A stretch of DNA of 64,000 nt from the human T2T-CHM13v2.0 reference genome, Homo sapiens, in NCBI RefSeq assembly GCF_009914755.1, contig NC_060944.1; one strand, written 5' to 3'. The first letter of the stretch is position 1. The number at the start of each line of letters is the position of its first letter. The translations under genes were made by a program, and so were the position numbers. Shown one piece after another: positions 1 to 16,435 of the stretch. The notes beneath the pieces were generated by a model, which searched no databases, was not told the DNA's origin, and saw nothing but the letters and a program-made list of their open reading frames with translations.

Positions 1-314
1 CCCAAAACAGCCCACCAAACAGAAATAAACCATCATGATTGTGCAACTTTCCTCCAGGGGCTGACACACCCTGAAGCCAATGAAAGAGAAGTTCCTGGGT
101 ACCCCACCAAGCATAAGAACCCTTCGGGAAGAGGTAACAGTCTGAAAGTCGGTGAAGTACTGGTGGCAGAGTAGCCCCCCATGTCTTCTAGGGCTCCAGC
201 CATTAGGAGCTGCAACTGCGCTAAGGCAGAAAGAAGCAAAGCTCACATCCCAAACACGACCCACCGGGAAGGCAGCAAGAGAACGGGGGATAAGCATCTT
301 GAAGACACTGATGT

Positions 315-402
315 CCAGCCCACGACCATGTGACCTTGGACAAGTCACTTAACCTCTCCCAGTTTCAATTTCCTCATCTAAGAAGATAATAATAATAGCC
401 AC
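315..402 (+). mobile_element. MIR SINE fragment
   Basis: TGTGACCTTGGACAAGTCACTTAACCTCTC...TTTCCTCATCT matches the MIR core. Confidence 0.75.
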
Positions 403-403
403 C

Positions 404-1690
404 CAGAAGCACGTCTGAATTTTTATAGCCCGAATCTTAAACACCTTAGGGAGGGAGCATTCTTTAAGGAAAATAGTACAAACTTAGAAAAGAGACTATC
501 TGACATGAGAAAATAATTCACAACAAATAATAAATTCCTAACAACCAGCAAATACCACAAACACTGTACAATCCAGAAAAATAATATTTTTATAAATTAT
601 CTTTCTAACAATATTCTCCCCTACATTTCTGGACATATTTTCTGGGATGATCTCTTTATGACAATAATTTTGCAATATCATTTTTTATAGAGAGACTAGA
701 AACTTCAGTGTCCCCTCTAGCAGGTTAATATTTATTATTATTAATATTTTTAAAGTCTCCTTCAAGTTCACAAGTCATTGTTTATATAGAGTCATGTAAA
801 CTTTAAGGCTGTGGTCAAGTTTGGAGAAATCTCTATCAAATTTCTTTCATGTGTATGCTATACTATTTCAGGGTATTATAAGTGTGATTGTCCACTGAGT
901 AATCAAATAGTCTTTGAATTCATGACATTAGGCATATTTATGGAAGCCATTTCCACACTAGGGTAGCTAGTATTGGTTTAATTATACACAAGGAAATACA
1001 GGATGGTGCCAGGGCTCATGTTTATAATCCCAGCACTTTGAGAGGCCAAGGCAGGAGAATCACTTGAGGCCAGGAGTTAGAGACCAGCCTGGGCAACATA
1101 GCAGATCCCATCTATAAACAAAATAAAAAATTAGCTGGGAGTGGTGGCATGTACCTGTAGTCCCAGCCACTTGGGAAGCTGAGGTGGAAGGATCACTTGA
1201 ACCCAGGAGTTTGAGGCCTCAGTGAGCGATGATCTTGCCACTGCACTTCAGTCTGGGCGACAGAGCAAGACCCTGTCTCTAAAAGTAAGTAAATACATAC
1301 ATATATACATACATACATAAAAGAGAAATATCTATGTGTGTATGTATCCTATCATCTATCATTGCTCTATTGATCTAGCTATCTATATTCTATTAACCCA
1401 AGCTTGACTTCAACTTCTGCTTACCCAGATTTCTAAAATGCCCTGCATACTCCAAAACTGCCACCTCCCACCCCTCACCCCTAAAAGGACATTATGATGA
1501 AGGGGAAGTTGGAGTGGAATCATAATAGTCTTCGCCAATTGTGGTTAAAATTATCTTACTTCTAATCATTTTATAAAATATACAACTATCTGAACATATT
1601 GCACACAGCCCTTCCTCGGGCCTTGGAAGGGTAACACAATGGGGATAGACTGTGAAGCTTAAGCTTCGTAGCTCCACAGGTACAGGGCTT
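404..1690. mobile_element. MER69/Arthur1-like hAT-Tip100 DNA transposon fossil, interrupted by an Alu
   Basis: Right end GGGCCTTGGAAGGG...TGAAGCTTAAGCTTC and left end CTTTAAGGAAAATAGTACAAA resemble MER69 termini; AT-rich interior. Confidence 0.55.
1001..1322 (+). mobile_element. AluJ with (TACA)n-type tail
   Basis: Dimeric Alu with J diagnostics (GAGGCCAGGAGT, GGGCAACATAGC, GACCCTGTCTCT); degenerate TSD aaggaaata/aagagaaata. Confidence 0.92.
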
Positions 1691-2900
1691 TGAAATTCTC
1701 CCACAGATACACAAGAGGGTGTGGCATGTGCCTGGCTCTGGCAGTGATGGATGTCCTCATCTGTAGCCATGCCACATGTCTGATGGAGGCACCTGAGACC
1801 CATCCAGCATTTACCAACCTCTACTGCACCTGTAAAGCTGTGTGTCTCACCTTTCTAACATCAGACCTCAGGCAGGAGATGGGCTGGGCCTTGGGGGACC
1901 AGATCACCATTATTCACTTGCTTTCACACAAGCATGTTGGATTTCACCTTGGGGAGAAAAAACATTCAACAACCGGGCCAGAAAACACTGCTATTGTCGA
2001 CAGCTCTAGCAAAACACTGTAATTCAGACTTTTCCTAGTTTGTTAAAATTTGCTGATGCCAATCGGTATTTCAGAGTCTCGTTAATTTTCTCATTACTCT
2101 CCTATTCTTTTCTCCCTAGCAGCTTCTTCCACGCCTCAATCACACCTTTGAATCTTTTACAGGGACACCATAAAGCTGGTTACTTTATCCCCTTCCATCC
2201 CTGCAGCTTGTTTGGCTGCAGATATATTTCACATGAAGCCCCAGGCCACATCAGATGACAGCCCAAACCGCAGCCCCCAAAGACCATCCAGAAATCCTGC
2301 TGCACGCTTGGGAGTTCAAAACTGTTTTGATTCGGATTCACAAGAATCACCCTGATTTCCTCCTATGAGTTTTTACATAAATTTCTCACCGCAGCTTCTC
2401 TACAACCCTGGAAGGCTCCTCCAGGCAAGCCCTGAGAATAGAGCTGTGCCGCGGTTGGCCATATCCATGTACCAGGAATTTGTTGGGAAACAGCAACCAG
2501 CTCAGTGGTAGAATCAATGAAAATTTTTATATCCTCCTTTATCATTTCCTATTTTGGGGGGAAAAACTATGTAAGATAGGGAAACTCTGTTGTCTAGCCA
2601 TTACTGAAATCTTAGGAGAAATGATGTTGACAGGATGAGCTTAAAGGAAATTCATTCCACTGGACTTCCCCCAAGTAATCGACAGCTGGCTATGGGGTCA
2701 AACTAAACAGATCACTGAGAGTCACATACTTGATCTCAGCCATACATTGCTGTGAGCCTCTAGGGAACCCCTTTTTCTCCACGCAGCCTTGGTGCCCACA
2801 AGAGCATCATAAGAGACAAACACACAAAATAAGGGTGAAATCAAGGTTGAGGTGATTACGGAACACAAAATCTTCTTTGAAATGACTTTCAAAAGAACAT

Positions 2901-3275
2901 TGTATTAGTCTGTTTTTATACTGCTATAAAGAACTGCCCAAGAATGGGTAATTTATAAAGGACAGAGGTTTAATGGACTCACAATTCAGCATGGCTGGGG
3001 AGGCCTCAAAAAACTTATAATCATGGTGGAAGGCAAAGAGGAAACAAGGCACCTTCTTCACAAGGCAGCAGGAAGGAGAAGTGCCGAGCAATGAGGGGAA
3101 GAGCCCCTTATAAAACCATCAGATCTCGTGAGAACTTGCTCACTATCAGGAGAGCAGCATGGGGGAAACTGCCCCCATGATTCAATTACCTCCACCTGGT
3201 CTCTCCCTTGACACATGGGGATTATGGGGATTATAAGATGAGATTTGGGTGAGGTCACAAAGCCTAACCATAGGA
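2901..3275 (-). mobile_element. THE1C-like solo LTR (ERVL-MaLR)
   Basis: TGTATTAGTC...GGTCTCTCCCTTGACACATGGGGATTATGGGG...AGCCTAACCATA; 5-bp TSD aacat/aacac. Confidence 0.88.
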
Positions 3276-3839
3276 AACACTTTTTTTTTAAATCATGGTG
3301 ACTCTCTTAAGAATCTAATATATTTATCTTATATGCTTTGTGTGTCTTAGTACACACACAGACAGACAAAGACACATACAACCTCATAGAATTTCTTAGA
3401 GGAATTCAAGTAAGATGCCAAACATGTAGAACCAAGAAAAACGTCTGGCACATTTTAAGAGCTAAATATATACTAGCTATTATTATTATTAGGAATACAG
3501 TACCTATAAAATGTATTCATAATTTAACAACACACATTTTAACAAGCCATAACTATTGACAGATATTAACTAGTAATTATTCTGATTACCCTAAAGTGAC
3601 AAATACTCCAAATGCCTACTGGCACCAGTGCATTTGACAGCATTGCATTTTTTGGTGTAGTTAACATCTGGAAAATGTATACATTATCTAGGGGCATCCT
3701 CCATATATTTATTTATATATAAATCTATGCACATGAATCTGTATGCATGCATATGTCAGGTTTATTCATTTCAATCTAATTGCAAAAATAACACATTTTT
3801 CTCCAAATAATTTGAGGAAAATTTAAAAACACAATCCCC

Positions 3840-5050
3840 TCTAAACCGCATTTTTCCAGGAGTTGCCACTGTTCATACTGTGATCTATGGCTTTTGAGAC
3901 TTTTTTTCCAACAACAGATATGCACATATATTTTCCAAAGAACATTTGGAACCAGAATGAACATAAATCTTTGCAACCTGCTTTTAAAGTACATTACAGT
4001 ATCAGAAATATTTTCCTAGTTTACTAAATGTTCTTCTAAAACCCAATTTTAATGGTTGCCATCCTGCATGCTGTTAATTTACTAACCCAAATCCTCTTTT
4101 CTTTTTTTTTTTTTTTTTTTGCTTTCAAATTTTACTACTTATAAGGCAAGGTAATAAACCCTAGGAAATATCCACATTTATTTCCTTGGGATAAGATTCT
4201 AAAAGCTGCACTTCTAAGGTCAAAGGGCAAGCACAAATTATATATACAGTCAAACCATCTTCCAGGACAGTTGTTGCAATTAACACTACTATCTGCAATG
4301 TATAAGACTGTTCATTTTCCTTGCATCCTCACTAGTACTAAGTATCATCACTGTTTTTAATCATTGTCATTTGTCATTTTAATTGGTGAACTGCAGAGGC
4401 CCATTAGTTTAATTTTAACTTATTTGAATATTAGGTGAGGTTGAATGTTTTTTATAAGTTCAACTGGCCATTTGGCATTTCCTCATTTGTAAACTGCCTG
4501 GTTATGCCCTTCACTCATTTTATGATTGGACTATTTATCCATTCTAATTTGTAAGTGTTCTTAATTTAGTAAACACATTAACTTATTATCTACATTTTCA
4601 GTTATAAACATTTCTCTAGTTTCTTTTAACCTCTTAATTATTTTTGGTACATGTACATTGTTGAGTATAAATACAAATCATTTCCCACTCTGGTAGAAAT
4701 GCCTACATAGAGTATCAGATACTTGCGTATCATACTACAGAAGAAATAAATATTCACCTGTATCATTCTTGATCCTTTTGTTAAATTATGAATACATTTA
4801 AATATTGACTTCCTCTAGAAATAAGTTTAATGCATGACATAGTGTAAGAATCTAACTTTATTTTACTTTTTAAAACACTTTCACTATTGTTTCAGCATCA
4901 TTAAAATTATCCATCTACTCCCGGATGTCCTATATGAAATGCTTATAAATACATGGCTCTATTTCTGAGCTTTCTATTCTGTTCCACTGATCTATGTGCC
5001 TAAATATATCAGTATCAACATGTTGTAATTATTATGGATCTGAACATGGC
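3840..5050 (-). mobile_element. Old L1M/L1ME fragments
   Basis: T-rich degenerate L1 antisense motifs (TCTATTTCTGAGCTTTCTATTCTGTTCCACTGATCTATGTG); boundaries approximate. Confidence 0.6.
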
Positions 5051-5064
5051 ATAATTAATGCTAG

Positions 5065-5297
5065 TGCTAGAGACTAGCTCAGGAAACAGACAACCTGAGT
5101 TTAAATGCCTATCCTACCTCTTACTACGGATGGCCTTGGGAAAGTTTGCCAATGTCTCTGTGCCTTAGTCTCTCCATCAGTAAAATAGAAACAATCATCT
5201 CTTCTTTACAAAATTGCTGTAAAAATTAAAACGACTGTATGGATACAAAGTGCTTAAAAAGGTACCTTACACAGAATGAACACTGAATAAATGTTAT
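5065..5297 (+). mobile_element. MIR SINE
   Basis: CCTTGGGAAAGTTTGCCAATGTCTCTGTGCCTTAGTCTCTCCATCAGTAAAAT...AATAAATGTTA. Confidence 0.75.
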
Positions 5298-5299
5298 GC

Positions 5300-5761
5300 T
5301 ATATCCATTTCTGAGGAGTGTTATAACAAAGTGCCACAGACTGGGTGGCTTAAACGACAGAAAGGTATTATCTTACAGTTCTGGAAGCTAGAAGCTGGAA
5401 ATCAATGTGTCAGCAGGATTGACCCCTTCTGAGGGAGAAGAGGGAGAATCTGTTCCATGTCTCTCCCCTGGCTTTGGGTGGTTTGCTGGCAATATTTGGC
5501 ATTCCCTGGCTTGAAGATGTATCACTCCAATCCTTCATCTTTCCTGCATCTCCACACATTGTCTTTTCTGTCTCCCTGCCTAATTTTTTTTTTGTTTTTA
5601 CAAGGATACCAATCATACTGTATCAGGGTCCACCCTAAGGACCTCATCTTAAGTTGATTAAATCTTCAAAGACATTATTTCCAAATAAGGTCACATTCTG
5701 AGTTACTGGGGATTAGGACTTCAAAATAACTTCTTCTGAGGACACAATTCAACCCACAACA
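5300..5761 (-). mobile_element. MLT1C-like solo LTR (MaLR)
   Basis: ATAACAAAGTGCCACAGACTGGGTGGCTTAAAC...CCAAATAAGGTCACATTCTGAG...CACAATTCAACCCACAACA. Confidence 0.85.
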
Positions 5762-6589
5762 GCCATTATTTATGGTACCTTTTCAAGATTTAATGATGAG
5801 GTTATCAGACAACTTAGTCTTAATAGCAAATTCTATGCCAATATTTCTAATTTTTCATGACAAATGATGACATTAACTTTAGATTGAGAAAAGCTGTTTG
5901 TTTATGTTTAGTATGATAAGAACTCATCTTTCAATTTCCAGTTGTCCCAAGCATTGGGGGTGTTGGGTTGCTTGCTAATTTTAAACCAGAATGAGTGTGA
6001 GATTTTTCAAAAGCCTTTTTGAGACTATTGAACTCATCATATGGTTTTCTATTTTTTATTTATCCATGTAATACATATTAATTCATTCCCTAATGTTGAA
6101 TTTTCCTTACAATTGTAAGATAAATCCTATTGTAGCATGGTATATTACTCCTTTAACACAACACTGGAGTAGATTTGTGTGTTTTGTTGTTTGGTTTTGT
6201 TTTTCACAGCTACATCCATCTTCACTTGTGTAGTTGTCCTCTATAGTCCCTTGACAAATCTCACAATCAAATTGTCTTTGCTTTCTCAGGAAAGGGATTT
6301 GTGGATCAGCCCTAGGTGATCCTCTTCAATCACTGTATCTCCTAGAAATGACTAAGTATGAGGCAAAAGGGTGGTATCTTTTCCAGTTCCCACCCTACTC
6401 ATGTCAGGTTTTTATATTTTGGTCATGTTGGTTCATGTCAAGGAAGGTGGGGTGATTAGTTGCCTGTGCTCAAATCCCCCTCTTTCCCAGAAGCCGGGAC
6501 CTATTGCACATATTTGTATGAATGACTCATCAAAGCAATCCCAGTGGTCTCCACAGTCCGTGGATCCTTAAAACCCAATTCAAAAACCA

Positions 6590-7017
6590 ACCACATTTGC
6601 ATCCATACAATAAAATACTACTCAGCAATAAAAACGAATGACCTATTGACGCTTGCAACAATATGGCCAAGCATCAAATGATTTATGTTAACTGAAAGAA
6701 GCCAGATTCAAAGGCTACAGAATGCATGGTTCTATTTATCTGACATCCTGGAACAGCCAAAACTAGAGGAAACACAAACGGATCAGTGCTTATCAGGAGT
6801 TGAGGGTGAGGGAAGGATTTGACAACAAAGGAACAGCATGGGAGAATTTGGTCGATAATTGAAAAAACACATTATCAATACATAAGGGATAAGTGGATAG
6901 GGGTATGGGTGAAACAAAATTGGCCATGAGGTGTTAATTGCTGAAGCTGGGCAATAAGGGCTTATTATGTTATTCTGTAAAAAATCCTTAAAAGTGTACA
7001 GTTAAAAAAAAAAAAAA
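6590..7017 (+). mobile_element. L1ME/L1MC 3' end fragments
   Basis: CATCCATACAATAAAATACTACTCAGCAATAAAAA...GAAAGAAGCCAGA, ending in poly(A). Confidence 0.7.
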
Positions 7018-7723
7018 TACATACCAAACATTGCACCCAATCTGTGTGAGGCAGGGGCTTGGAAAACATGACGCTAGGGTACCCTTTACCATTCCAATTT
7101 TCTAAACCCTTATCCCTCTCCAAATGGCCTACTTCATAAATATGCTATCCAATGATTAATAAAATGAAAGCTAAGGAGGGAAAAAGATATAATTAAGGAA
7201 GCAGTCCCAACTTTGGCCATCTAAAGTAAAATGACTGTGCTAATGTCGTTGTTAATGTTTCGTGGTCAGAGCAAAGAGAAAATCACTCCCCAGATTACAG
7301 CTTTTGCTATTTTAGGGCCTCTCTGGGAGCCCCACTGCAATGCACAATGCGGTTCGAAATCTGAGCTTCCATTAAAGAGTATGTTTGAGGCACGGCTTAG
7401 AGAACCCCACAGGAAGACTGCTTAGCCTCTCAGAAAATGCCCTCAGGCCTGGCCAGGCTATAGGTAAGGCCTGTGGGTCCCTCCCTGACAGTAGCTGGCC
7501 CCCAGCAAGCTGCCTTCTGATCTGCATAAGGGTCCCTGTGGGGGCCTGGCTGCTCTCCTGGACCGGGAAAGACTGCACAGCCACGTAATCTACGTGCATC
7601 TTCAGAGAGGACCAGATTTGCCCACACATTCTGTCCCACACAGCTCAGAGGCATAGAGGCAGCCACCTTAAGAGTACTCCTCACAGCTGGGGACAGGTGA
7701 ATCACGGCTACTCAGTTGATTGG

Positions 7724-8026
7724 TTATCTATCTATCTATCTGTCTATCATTTACCTATTTATTTTCAGAAAGGGTCTCACTCTGTCACCCAGGCTGTAGT
7801 GCAACCTCTCAAACTCGGCCAATCCTCCAATCTTAGCCTCCTGAGTAGCTGGGACTACAGGAGCACACCACCACACACAGCTAATTTTTTGTATTTTTTT
7901 TTTCTGTAGATACAGGGTTTTGCCATGTTGCCCAGGCTGGTCTTGAGCTCCTGGGCTCAAGCGATCCTCCTGCGTCAGTCTCCCCGAGAGTTCTGGGATT
8001 ACAGGCGTGAGTCACCATGCCCGGCC
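7724..8026 (-). mobile_element. AluJ with internal deletion and (TATC)n tail
   Basis: GGGTCTCACTCTGTCACCCAGGCT...CTCCTGGGCTCAAGCGATCCTCC...CCATGCCCGGCC. Confidence 0.9.
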
Positions 8027-8067
8027 CGCTATTGTTTTTAAATGCCATTTCCCTCATGAGTGCCCAA

Positions 8068-9725
<1,658 letters not shown>

Positions 9726-10361
9726 TTATCAAAGGAAAATCTCAGGAAAATTGAACAACCAGTGAAATAGCATTGCCCCCTATCTTCCCATCAACCTAGA
9801 ACAGAAGGGAACTCACCTGTACCTTGGTACTTGAGAGATGAGACAGCTACTACTGCCCCCATTTTACTGATAAAAAAACAAAGTGCCTCCAGAAGTCATA
9901 ACTAGTGAGGAATGAGCGAAAGTTGAGGTGAGGGATGGAGATAGTTAGCTCTTCTCCTTCATTCTCCATCTCATACAAAAGGAACTTCCGCTGCTGACAC
10001 TGGAGAGGGAAGTGTTAAAAACCTTTACTCTTTCCTCCCTGAAGGTGTAGGACTTGCTCATTTGACTGATAAAGCTTGCCATTCCTTGGGCTAAATGTAC
10101 TAGCGGTCGCGTGTCCCAGAGGTGCATCTCTCTGATCCTGCAACACTTTTGCCCACCTGAGCTCAGGTGCCTAGGTCCTCTGATCTGCTCTTTCATCTCC
10201 TTCTGAGTTCTTGTCTTCTTTCAGTTCAGGGGCAGTAAGAGCTCACTTGGAAAATGATGGTCCAGGGCCATCATTTTCTATCCTGGAGACCAGTAGTGAG
10301 AGGTCAACCAGTGCCATCTGTTCATGCAACACAGTGGGTGGGTAAGTCAGGGCAGAGCTGC

Positions 10362-10802
10362 TGTTGGCAGGGTTGAACTTCACCCAAGCCCTGTGCTCCT
10401 GGTTAAGAAATCCCCCCATCTCCAGGTAACAGCTTACGGCAAAGAACCACCTTTCCCTGTACAGCTTAGATAAGACTTGTGGATGATCCTTTAACAAGGC
10501 CAGACACAGGCCCTCCAAATTCCTATTCTTTGTCTCAGAAATGATTAGCTGCACTGTTTGTCTACATTAACCAATCTGACTGGATCAAATTTTAGTCAGG
10601 CTTCACTCCTTCCCATGGGCCCCTTCTAAGGATTTGCTGACCACAAAGAACATTTCCAGTTTGGTTCATCGATCAAGCCACCTGCTCTCCTCACCCACGC
10701 TGATCCTGTCCCCATTGCAACCACCCCCCTTTTCCCATTGCAATCATTCCCGTTGATAAAATCTTTCCTTACTACTGTACAAACTTGCACATTTTTTTGA
10801 CA
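10362..10802 (+). mobile_element. ERV1-class solo LTR, MER67/MER31-like
   Basis: TG...TGACA termini; AGCCCTGTGCTCCTGGTTAAGAAATCCCCC, AAATTTTAGTCAGGCTT and repeated CCCATTGCAA; 4-bp TSD ctgc/ctgt. Confidence 0.65.
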
Positions 10803-11699
10803 CTGTCTCTAGTTTAGAAGGAAGGGAGACAAAGACCAACTTTCATTTGAGAGTTCAACCGTTTATGAGGCATGCTGCAATCAGGGGTCAGACAGTGCTT
10901 GCCCAGATGAAAAGGACTGGTGGTACTAGCTTCGAGTTTTGTGTGTGTGTGTTCTGTCAGATCTCCACAGAAAAGATGGGCAAAAAGCTGAATCTGGGTG
11001 CCCTAAACACAGCCTGTCTCCCTCTTCTAGTTTCTTTCCACTCCTCAACACCAGAAGAGGCCCTCTCAGCTCATGCCGCACCACCTATGCAACTCACTAA
11101 ACAGTAAAACAGATTTTGCATAGCAAAGGACATCAGCTTCTCCCACGTCTCAGGGACTAAGGGCCAACACCAGGAGGCAAAGCAGGCAAATGAAAGCTCA
11201 TTTCTCTGCTACAAAATGAAACACAAAACACTCCTGGGGAAGAGTCCTTCTCTGTAGGCACCAGGGACACCCATCACCCCTCCAGCCTGGGGATCCCCCA
11301 GAGATGGCATAAAGGGACACCCATTTATTTGGTCGGGCAGCTGGGAATTTTAATGGAACATCTTAGGAAACGTTACTACTTGGGGCTTTGGGCTGGGGGA
11401 GAGCTAGATGGACTCTTTGTACTTCCTCTTCTTGAAGCTTTGCTCTCCTTACTCCATTGAGTATGGTTGTGCTCTGTAATCTGAGCTTCCTTTGAGGACT
11501 GGAACACAGGTCTACAGATGGATGACAATGGGATTATGAGACCCAGCCTCAAAGACATGAGAGTGATGGCTGGTCTGTGGGGCTGCCCCAGAGATGCCAG
11601 CTGGAAAACGCTAAGAGCAGGTGGCCAAGTCCTTAACAACTTTTCCAAAAACAGGGGTTCTATGTGATTCCGACCTGGCAAGCATAGATTCACATCCAT

Positions 11700-11830
11700 A
11701 AAACATTTTGCAGCACAGACTATGTGCCAAGCCTGTGCCAAGTGTTTTGCAAATATTATCTCATTGTATCCCCACTACCAAAAAGAAAAATCATTTGAAT
11801 TAAAGTTACAGAGACTTAATACAGAAGCAG
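11700..11830 (-). mobile_element. MIR fragment
   Basis: CTATGTGCCAAGCCTGTGCCAAGTGTTTTGCAAATATTATCTCATT. Confidence 0.55.
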
Positions 11831-12319
11831 AAACCTTTAAACCTTGTAGACAAGTAAGAAGACCTTCGAATTCCCCACCCTCAAATATAGATTCCTGTCC
11901 ATTCATTTACTTACGAATGTTCCTTTTGTTCATTCTTTTAGTGTAGTTCAGTGAATTTTAAACTGTAGTGTGCATGAGATTTATTCAACAAAACATATTT
12001 TATCATGGGTGCCATAAGAGATTTCCTAAGGTTAATTTGGACAATACGCACTTCCCAGCTTAACTGTTGACTTCAGAGGCCAATCCCCGCCTAGAATTCT
12101 AGTCCACTTTGTTACAACTTCTGATCATCACATCAAAGCGGGGTGGTGAGCCCTGGTACAGGTGGGGCAGTTTGCATTTTGAATGTCCTAGATGATCAAG
12201 AACATATTAAAAGAAGCTCTTTGGCTGTCCCTATCACTTGCAATTTAAGGATGAATAAAGTGAATGAGTTGAGTCAGAGACAAGAACAAAAAATAAGCGA
12301 ATGGCTTAGCAACTTGTGG

Positions 12320-12700
12320 GAGATCCTTGCCACGGAATATTACCCAGCATGAACTATTAATATACGCAACAAGATGAATGAATCTCATAAAGCATAGACT
12401 AACTGAAAAAGTCAAGCACAAAAGACTATATGCCATATTATTCCTTTTATATAAAGTTATAGAGACTGAAAAACTGTAGTATCAAAAAGCAGATAAGTGG
12501 TCGCCTGGAGCAGGGAGTTGGCAGGGAGGGAAGTTGAGGGGAGGGTGATAAAAAGCAAAAGGGAAGAGAGGGAGAGAAGGAAGGGGAGGGACTCTATATC
12601 TTGATGGGATGGTGGTTACATGATTGTGTACAATGACCAAAATTCACTATGCTGTAGCCTTACATTTTAAAGTCTAAAAATAATACCTTAATACTTTTTT
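12320..12700 (+). mobile_element. L1ME 3' fragment
   Basis: GATGAATGAATCTCATAAAGCAT...AAAAGACTATATGCCATATTATTCC...GGTGGTTACATG. Confidence 0.65.
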
Positions 12701-13412
12701 TTTTTCCAAGAGGAGAGGAAAAAAAGTCATGGTCACATACATACAAAAAGATTAGAACACTTTATTCCAAACAAAACACTATTGAGCAATTTGGGTCAAA
12801 AGAATGCACAAAGCAGAATCACATTCTTCCTTTCAAATTTCTCCTTTCACATTTGTGAAAGAAGAGGAAAAAGAAAAAACAAACTGCAGCATACATTTGA
12901 ATTTTTCCTTTCAGAGAGGGGCTCTAATCAGTGCAGAGAACTGGGTAACAAGTAAGACCAAGAGGGTTTAATTAAACTGAGCAATCATTAAACTGGATTT
13001 AAGAGTGCTTGTGTTTGCAAAACAACAAAATATTTACAGACATTTTCTTCATCCCCTTCATTAGTTTCAGACTCCACAGGAAATATGGAGGTTGGGAACA
13101 GGTCCTAATGAGATCATGCAAATTTTAACTACTGAGGTTAGCCTGGCAAAGAGACAGCACGGCAAAATGCTCATGATGAAATGTTAAGTGAGGAAAGCAG
13201 GATAGAAAATGAGCTTGCACTAACATTATGAGTGATTCCGATAATTATAAGCATGGTAGGGGGATGACAAGCAGGGGCTGGACATTAAAATATTCTATCA
13301 GTGATGGTACAAGAGCGATGGAATTAGGGGATTATTTTCATCTCTGTTTTCCAAAATTTCTGAAATATATGAGTGTATTACTTTTATTTCTTTCAAAATA
13401 AGAAGGTACACT

Positions 13413-13732
13413 AAAGCAAGACCATCACTTGAGGCCAGGAGTCCAAGACAAGCCTGGGCAACATAGTGAGATACCTACAGAAAATGTAGACTTCCACACA
13501 GTGAGATCTCTATAAAAATGTAGATCTCAACATAGTGAGATCTCTACAAAAAATGTTAAAAGTTAGCTGGGCACGATGGCATCCACCTGTAGTCCTAGCT
13601 ACTCAGGAGGCTGAGGTAGGAGGATTGCTGGAGCCCAGTAACTGGAGGCTGCAGTGAGCTAGCATTGCACCACTGCACTTCAGTCTGGGCAACAGAGCAA
13701 ATCCCTGTCTCTAAAATAAAAACAACACAAAA
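13413..13732 (+). mobile_element. 5'-truncated AluJ with internal ~34-bp triplication
   Basis: ATCACTTGAGGCCAGGAGT...CCCTGTCTCTAAAATAAAA; three copies of CA(T/C)AGTGAGAT..CTA.A.AAAATGT. Confidence 0.88.
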
Positions 13733-13829
13733 ATTTTCTAAAATCTAATTTAGACATCTAACAGTCATACATGTTCACTATCTCTTTGCTGTGCCTCAGA
13801 ACGAGACAAAAGGGGAAGGAATTCTGTAA

Positions 13830-14700
<871 letters not shown>

Positions 14701-15884
14701 GCCTCAGCATCCCTTGTAGGTTTCCTTAGTCTTGCCCACACCACTAACAGTTACTTCATTCAATTCTCTTCGTTACACACTTTTGAGTAGAATTCTATGT
14801 CCTACAGGAATCTTGATTGTGTTCCATCTAGGATGATGCCCTTGGAGGGCGAGTCCTCCCCTGCTGCTTCCATCTGCCCCAGAAGTCACACCTCAGCCTA
14901 GATTAGCTGAGGGTCACTCAAACGCACTGTAGTCTGTAATGCCCTTCATGCCCTTATCTTTGTATGCAGGTGAAGCATAGACCACCCTTACCCTGCTGTC
15001 TCCTCACCCTTGGAAATGGAGTTCAAGTATCAAGCCTCCCTCAGGAAAATCTTCCCTGACCATCGCTCCCACCCCAAGCTAAGATGGCATCCCACCCCTG
15101 TGGTTCCCAACACTTCACTCATGGCTACTTTGCGAATGGTCTTATAGCCCATCTTTGTAGACACATGAAGCTCCATGATGAATTTAGGGAGGCCCTTCAG
15201 CACTCCACCCCTGCCCCATCACACCTGCTGGTGCCAATTCATACCTGTAGGAGAGCCAGTCACACCTGCAGCATGTTCAGCCCCTGCACCTGGAGAAAAA
15301 ACCTAGCAATCCAGAACTTTAAAGGTCACTTCCAAGGACTTCTGGGTTCACAGGTGACATAAATAAGCAAAGCCACAGATTGGGTAGGATGTTCAATGAA
15401 CCAAAGAACACAAATCCTATCTGAAGGCATCCAAAAGCAATTTTTAAAGAACACTGTATACTCAGAAGAAGAAGACAATCTGTGCATTGATCTGGGCTCA
15501 TGGTCCGTGAATTTGCAATCTCTAAGCCAAATGGCCACAAAGTACCTAAATGTGCAAGACCTCGCAGATTAATACTGAATGAAGGCCTCCTGACAGGAAA
15601 TGTCTGCACATTACTTTCCAGGTGACAGATTGGCAGATAAAGCCCACGCGCCACTGTCTAAGTGACAACACACTTTTCACACGTATCTTCTCAGTCATCC
15701 TCATCATAGCCCCAGGAGACAAGTTCATTATTATCTCTATTTTGCCTTTAAGAAAACCAGAGCCTGAACAGGGCAGATGACTTAACAAGGTCACACAATG
15801 AGGATCTGAAAGAGCCAGAAGCCCTGGCACCAGTCCCAGGTACTCCACGTGCACTGCTGGGCCAGTGGATGCTTCACAACCTGA

Positions 15885-16435
<551 letters not shown>

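Noticed and set aside
13459-13560. CRISPR-like repeat array
   Set aside because: Contiguous tandem units without unique spacers, inside an Alu in primate DNA
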